This document shows positions 60,301 to 64,000 of a stretch of DNA of 64,000 bases, piece after piece (position 1 is the stretch's first letter; each line of letters opens with the position of its first letter). The position numbers and the translations under genes are program-made. The notes beneath the pieces are model-generated. The model was not told where the DNA came from, ran no database searches, and worked only from the letters and a program-made list of their open reading frames with translations. Location: positions 64,001-128,000 of IMG/VR virus record IMGVR_UViG_2548876794_000003, one strand, 5' to 3'. Source of the stretch: a virus. Taxonomy: Duplodnaviria > Caudoviricetes.

Positions 60301-62148
60301 GTCAACGGTTCAAAAGTAAGCAGCGCCTTATACACATTACTTAACAAAGAAGGCATTATCTGCTGGAATGATGAATCACTATATGGTAAGACAATCGACA
60401 TTCGCTACCGCTTCAAAGTCCCAATGTCGTTGCGTGTACTGAGCCTTGACTACCTGTACGAAAAAGTAGGGTACAAGGTTGACACACTTGAACACACAGG
60501 GACGTTTGTATTCGATAACGTAGGAACATACGTCGAGCTGTCAGATAGCGAGTACAGTTCAATAAGTGAAGCGGACAGCTACACAATCGAAGTGAACAAT
60601 GAGAACTATCGTGCAACAATCATCGGGAAGATGTTGATATTCCAACTAATCAATGATGACGATGCGATCCTTGTTAATAGTGGCTATTACTATCGAGGAG
60701 GAAACGAGTATTATCATTTTGCGCAACCATTCGAAGCTGACACTACTGGAGCGAACGGCATCAAAATTGAAAACGGCATGAAGTACGCAGGGCAATTAAA
60801 GCTATCACAGGAATCAGAGAATTTTATGCCAAACTCTAGCATGTTCCTAAATAAAATAGAAACGGTTTCTCATATTGATTTTGTAAATGAATACAATGTG
60901 AATGAAACAAGCGGAGCGAAGACGTACACAGCTTGCGACCACGCAGCATTTTGGAATACTTACAACATGAGCACAGGACTTGTAGATAGCTACAACGGCT
61001 ATGGCTTAAACTTTACGAGCAATGATGAAGCAGGATATGCGATGCTACAGCTGAATAAATTGTTCCTAGAAAAACGTGGTGTCGTTAGCTTGTATGCGTC
61101 ACAACAGCCTTTCATTGCAGTTGGGTACCAAAACGCAAACGGCGATAACCTAAATGACAGCTTTGCGCCAGTCAAGAAAGTTCCAATGATTGAGCATACG
61201 AAGAACTTATGGGAGCTTGATGTTACAACTTACTTAGTAAAAGGGCAAAGCATTTTCCTTTATATCAATCAAGCAATGACAGTAGACGATATTGTTACTG
61301 GCGTGAACATCACAGAGGATATGCATACAACAAATGTTGAGCGCTATGGCATAGGTTTTTCATTCCGTCGCTCAAAAGATGAAGTCATTACGATTCCATT
61401 GGCACAGGAAGATCTGTTGTACAAAGGATGCGAATTCTATAAAGGAGCTATCCGACAGGAGTCATCGCTTAATTGGGGCTATACAAACATTAAGAAGTTT
61501 GCAGAGAACTGGAACGATGTGAGCTATACAGGAATGGAGTTATACAAACAAAATGCCATTGTTAATAGAACAAACAGCGGTACGTTTGAAACGAAAGCTG
61601 CAACCATCCCTCGATTAAAATACGTCAGCGAGTTGTTGATCTACGTCGAAGAGTTGAAAAATAATCCAGACATTGAGATCAGCGTACTTACTTCGAAAAC
61701 ATCGAATGGCACTTACCGCACAGTGAATGTTTCAAAAATCGGCAACGGTGTCATCGTGCTAGAAGCTGGCGCACTAGATGCCTATGTGAAAATTGCAGCC
61801 ACTATTGTAGGCGAAGCACACATTAAAGCAATCGACATTTACGTGGCTTACAATTCATACGATGGCAATATGAGTTTGACGTATAACACAAATAGTAACT
61901 TCACGACGAAGATATATGACTTAGGAAGCGTTGTAGACTTCAAGGTGAAGAATGAATTAACAGCGGAAGATGCTCGTCTATACGTTCGTGGTATTCGGAT
62001 GGACGGTCGAAATTTCGTTCCGACAAAATGGTATGACATCGCAGAAGAACATGAATTTGTGCAATATAAATTCTTGCAATTTAAACTAATGCTCGAAACA
62101 GAAGATGCCTACGCAAAAATTAATAACTTTACAGTGGAGGTGCAGTGA
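57307..62148 (+). CDS. large baseplate structural protein
   Basis: WNIIDEFA...RFDNESNEELLNR wedge-like N-terminus, beta-rich remainder; start moved to ATG 57307. Confidence 0.6.
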   Translation: MLDKKQLYENAIMHFPRRSDIRKRKTSNGAKLLRSILEEADDFNQAIEELRASFFAINYKGKADELLLNLSMFPVGSVADDIQMDGFTQALDENHFMNDAQTFIVEDGFCYLHRQNTLFVSYRANGDTYTAQLKDMTYWNIIDEFAMISSIDRFDNESNEELLNRVFLSYRNVTNSSAIGLKNAIINAVSNHVEIIPDDIVIEPMNEQNLHTYFDEIELIENLSFINKDVLRQKVWGRSKWEHPFAGIENVPSEWDVVMPAVQDGVGDIRATYAKDISDSLFKRAVVNTYNKSEAMISNYMLSNNIDVDINLGLTKLSNRLNSKKVSYKVSAEKVTDVSNDVIRLNNEYSGRSVGHLQDIVANLTDYRANITSNNLLEAGHDYRVTVEAEGDYDALKVEQLELLNSDGSKRSYLQPNAGFKKDSDGNYIPDNILKRINSTEDMYNVQNFVTTLDGIELEDTANKGHAEISIEGASNKYLIIKESCQMVSFTGNNALLKAEGFTLTNGMLTSRNESDRITIEMTCRNMQFAVSSGRINYDLYVNGENVASESNITTDDVKYSFDKPTKIKMVIRPVGTQSTILSNFMYNNYELSMSVDGASLYHNNTFGHIIYEADPGAKLILDMSCKTGFSPVIEYIHIGGIVKGKKYVVSNIIPKEDSLLLLKADGAITVEDLTDGRVIGHESDMVLALRNNGATPMNVKLNIANYTDFSIENYTINRIFTAGVENYYLSLQPGASISSFITNGTYKKSVYEKTIKDVLNTQNVYVSSYQNGFFDGISGHEVKLVRDMFSDAPTFNSCEIISKSNVRYNFMATANSSISVETTYFKQDFVQIGCVAIAGEQHICYNTQRVLSSITENIQVARLFYPELEASQLYCFYIETSTSGAKVTFMDTNIGTSYIGEYVKIELDNFASDESNYIKESVVVRRNAVLSNVMYLDRTFVKEGKEIDLAEYMISPPQGLEVVYANGTEQASESFYAEQDGFNKLKKSNIESIDYIMVNGSKVSSALYTLLNKEGIICWNDESLYGKTIDIRYRFKVPMSLRVLSLDYLYEKVGYKVDTLEHTGTFVFDNVGTYVELSDSEYSSISEADSYTIEVNNENYRATIIGKMLIFQLINDDDAILVNSGYYYRGGNEYYHFAQPFEADTTGANGIKIENGMKYAGQLKLSQESENFMPNSSMFLNKIETVSHIDFVNEYNVNETSGAKTYTACDHAAFWNTYNMSTGLVDSYNGYGLNFTSNDEAGYAMLQLNKLFLEKRGVVSLYASQQPFIAVGYQNANGDNLNDSFAPVKKVPMIEHTKNLWELDVTTYLVKGQSIFLYINQAMTVDDIVTGVNITEDMHTTNVERYGIGFSFRRSKDEVITIPLAQEDLLYKGCEFYKGAIRQESSLNWGYTNIKKFAENWNDVSYTGMELYKQNAIVNRTNSGTFETKAATIPRLKYVSELLIYVEELKNNPDIEISVLTSKTSNGTYRTVNVSKIGNGVIVLEAGALDAYVKIAATIVGEAHIKAIDIYVAYNSYDGNMSLTYNTNSNFTTKIYDLGSVVDFKVKNELTAEDARLYVRGIRMDGRNFVPTKWYDIAEEHEFVQYKFLQFKLMLETEDAYAKINNFTVEVQ

Positions 62149-62149
62149 G

Positions 62150-63943
62150 ATGCTAATGGATTATAACCGAACAATCAATGACAACGGCGCATATTTTTAT
62201 GAGCCAGATTTCCTCGTGAACAATGCAGTATTTTACAATGCTACGAAGGTGACGATTAAATTAGATTATTTAAATCAAGGATTTGGAGTATTGGTTTCAA
62301 AAGGTGGATTCCAACATGCGTCGCTTATGGAGGACAGTTATGGCATATTCCTTGTAGAAGATGCTATCGAATTGGTTCGTTACATTGAAGGCACCCGTAC
62401 AGTTATCAACAAATATGCGTACCGCTTAACAATGCCTGTTAAAGCGATGACATTAGAAGTCTACAAGAATGGCGATTATCTGTACGTGATGAATAGCGGG
62501 AAAACGATTCTCTATACGAAGCTCGATGAATCTTATACAGCATATGGATTCGGTTTCTACTCTAATAGATGGAATACAATTCATTCTATTAACTATCAAT
62601 CAAATACGCCGCAAGAGTGGGATTTGAATGTACTTAGCTCAAAAGGTGGCAAGATTCAATTCTATCAAGATGGCTTCTCTATTGTAGACGCACGAAGCGA
62701 CGTACAAGTAGAACAAAGCCGCATTCATCTGCCAGCAGGGAAGTATTACTTAACGTATTCAGAGGTGCCGGTAGAAGGGCAATTTGACATCAAATGTTAC
62801 GCATATTATAGCGATGATGAAAAGATAAATGCCATAGATAAAAACATACTAAAGGGGAACCGATTAGAGCTCTCAGAGGATGCTTATATCAACGTTCATT
62901 TTTGTGGCCAATATGGAGCAATTGAACAAATTGCTATCAAAAAATTCCTTGCGTTACCGTACGTTGGAACGACTGGAACAAATGAAGCTAAAAGTGGAAG
63001 CCTTCTTCAAATCGACTTAGATCAAATCGTTGAATTTGAATTAGAGGGGCGCATTGTTTCTACGCCAATCACTGATTCAACTGCCGATGATAAATCGTAT
63101 TACTACGTTAAATACGAAGGCGTTGAATATCGTGAAGCGGAAACACGACTAGGGGAAGACTGTCTATTCTCAATGCTACTTAAGCAGGACGAGTTACTAT
63201 CGAAGAACTTAACAACTGGTAAGCAAGCAACATTGGCCATTGACTACTCTGAACCGCTTCTGTACTTACTGCATAATCTAGATGCAATCATTAGTCGGTT
63301 TGTCGTTCGTTACAAAGATGGAAGAGAGATTGACTACTTGAATGAGGTGACTGACAAGTACTATGTACCAAACACCATAACATCTCCTGTGCTTGCAGTG
63401 GATGAATACTACGAGCCATTAGACTTATCTAGCTCATATCGAATCATTGAGCATGAAAATGGCGCTGAGTATGCGTATACGAATCGAGAGCGTGAATGGT
63501 TCACAAATGAAAAAGCCGCGCTTTCGCTTGAAAAATCATTGCGCACTAATAATCCAGATGTCGTTGTATACGGAATCCCTAATGGAATCAACGTCCATAA
63601 AGAAAATATTTATCGAATCAGTGAAGGGGTAGATACGATTGAAAATTTCGCCGCGGAATATGACATGATTTCACCGTCTGATTACCAAGTCGACACGAAT
63701 GGTAGCTTCGTCATCTTAAAAAACGCTGTATCTAAAGCCTATGCTTACTTCGTAGTTGACTATTTAAAAGAGCGTTCATACGCAATCAATTACAACAAAG
63801 AGCTGCAGTCTTATGAGGTTGATATTTCAAGCTCCACATCGACAAAAATTTTATACGATTTTGGTGACGACGGTTCAGTGCGCCAGTATATTTCAACTGG
63901 TTTTAAGCCGGACGACAATAAATACATCGTGCTATCAATTTAA
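62150..63943 (+). CDS. baseplate/tail-associated beta-sandwich protein
   Basis: SD GGAGG before ATG 62150; Tyr- and beta-rich. Confidence 0.55.
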   Translation: MLMDYNRTINDNGAYFYEPDFLVNNAVFYNATKVTIKLDYLNQGFGVLVSKGGFQHASLMEDSYGIFLVEDAIELVRYIEGTRTVINKYAYRLTMPVKAMTLEVYKNGDYLYVMNSGKTILYTKLDESYTAYGFGFYSNRWNTIHSINYQSNTPQEWDLNVLSSKGGKIQFYQDGFSIVDARSDVQVEQSRIHLPAGKYYLTYSEVPVEGQFDIKCYAYYSDDEKINAIDKNILKGNRLELSEDAYINVHFCGQYGAIEQIAIKKFLALPYVGTTGTNEAKSGSLLQIDLDQIVEFELEGRIVSTPITDSTADDKSYYYVKYEGVEYREAETRLGEDCLFSMLLKQDELLSKNLTTGKQATLAIDYSEPLLYLLHNLDAIISRFVVRYKDGREIDYLNEVTDKYYVPNTITSPVLAVDEYYEPLDLSSSYRIIEHENGAEYAYTNREREWFTNEKAALSLEKSLRTNNPDVVVYGIPNGINVHKENIYRISEGVDTIENFAAEYDMISPSDYQVDTNGSFVILKNAVSKAYAYFVVDYLKERSYAINYNKELQSYEVDISSSTSTKILYDFGDDGSVRQYISTGFKPDDNKYIVLSI

Positions 63944-63955
63944 GGAGAGGACACA

Positions 63956-64000
63956 ATGAAGATCTATCCATCATTTAGCAAAATAGAAGAACGCCAATCC
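63956..64000 (+). CDS. start of the next structural gene (truncated by the window)
   Basis: SD AAGGAGAGG plus ATG 63956. Confidence 0.6.
   Translation, partial: MKIYPSFSKIEERQS

Noticed and set aside
1857-63632. Numerous short overlapping or antisense ORFs in the track (e.g. 3415-3792, 15086-15556, 17846-18331, 42372-42758, 55589-55816)
   Set aside because: They are shadows of long coding genes, without SD sites or recognisable motifs
1-64000. Stop-codon reassignment (alternative genetic code)
   Set aside because: Giant ORFs are intact in code 11, and TAG, TGA and TAA all end genes just before new SD/start sites
1-64000. tRNA, rRNA, CRISPR arrays, IS elements, reverse transcriptase/DGR
   Set aside because: No such signatures seen by eye; intergenic space is minimal

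Overview
This window is the late (virion morphogenesis) region of a large contractile-tailed phage or prophage of a Bacillota host. The host call rests on strong AGGAGG-type Shine-Dalgarno sites and AT-rich DNA read in genetic code 11. Positions 1-1372 hold minus-strand genes and a twister ribozyme. From about 1.7 kb almost everything is on the plus strand: Gly-rich membrane-type proteins, terminase, NlpC/P60 hydrolase, portal, prohead protease/scaffold, capsid, neck, sheath, three tube-like proteins, chaperones, three giant (2.1-2.9 kaa) proteins and baseplate. Highlights: (1) A ~2860-aa protein carries, in order, the recognisable beta and beta' catalytic motifs of a two-barrel RNA polymerase (including R-H-P...DADGD). 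It is fused to an N-terminal DEDDh 3'-5' exonuclease and flanked by two giant proteins with thermonuclease-fold domains. (2) The terminase large subunit is split at Walker A and Walker B by two very compact sibling group I introns whose loops carry three genes that do not look like homing endonucleases. (3) Three structural genes need a -1 shift at A6 runs, which may be recoding or sequencing error. (4) A halocin-C8-like bacteriocin cassette is inserted in reverse orientation in the baseplate region. All protein assignments come from motif recognition and synteny by eye; no searches were run.
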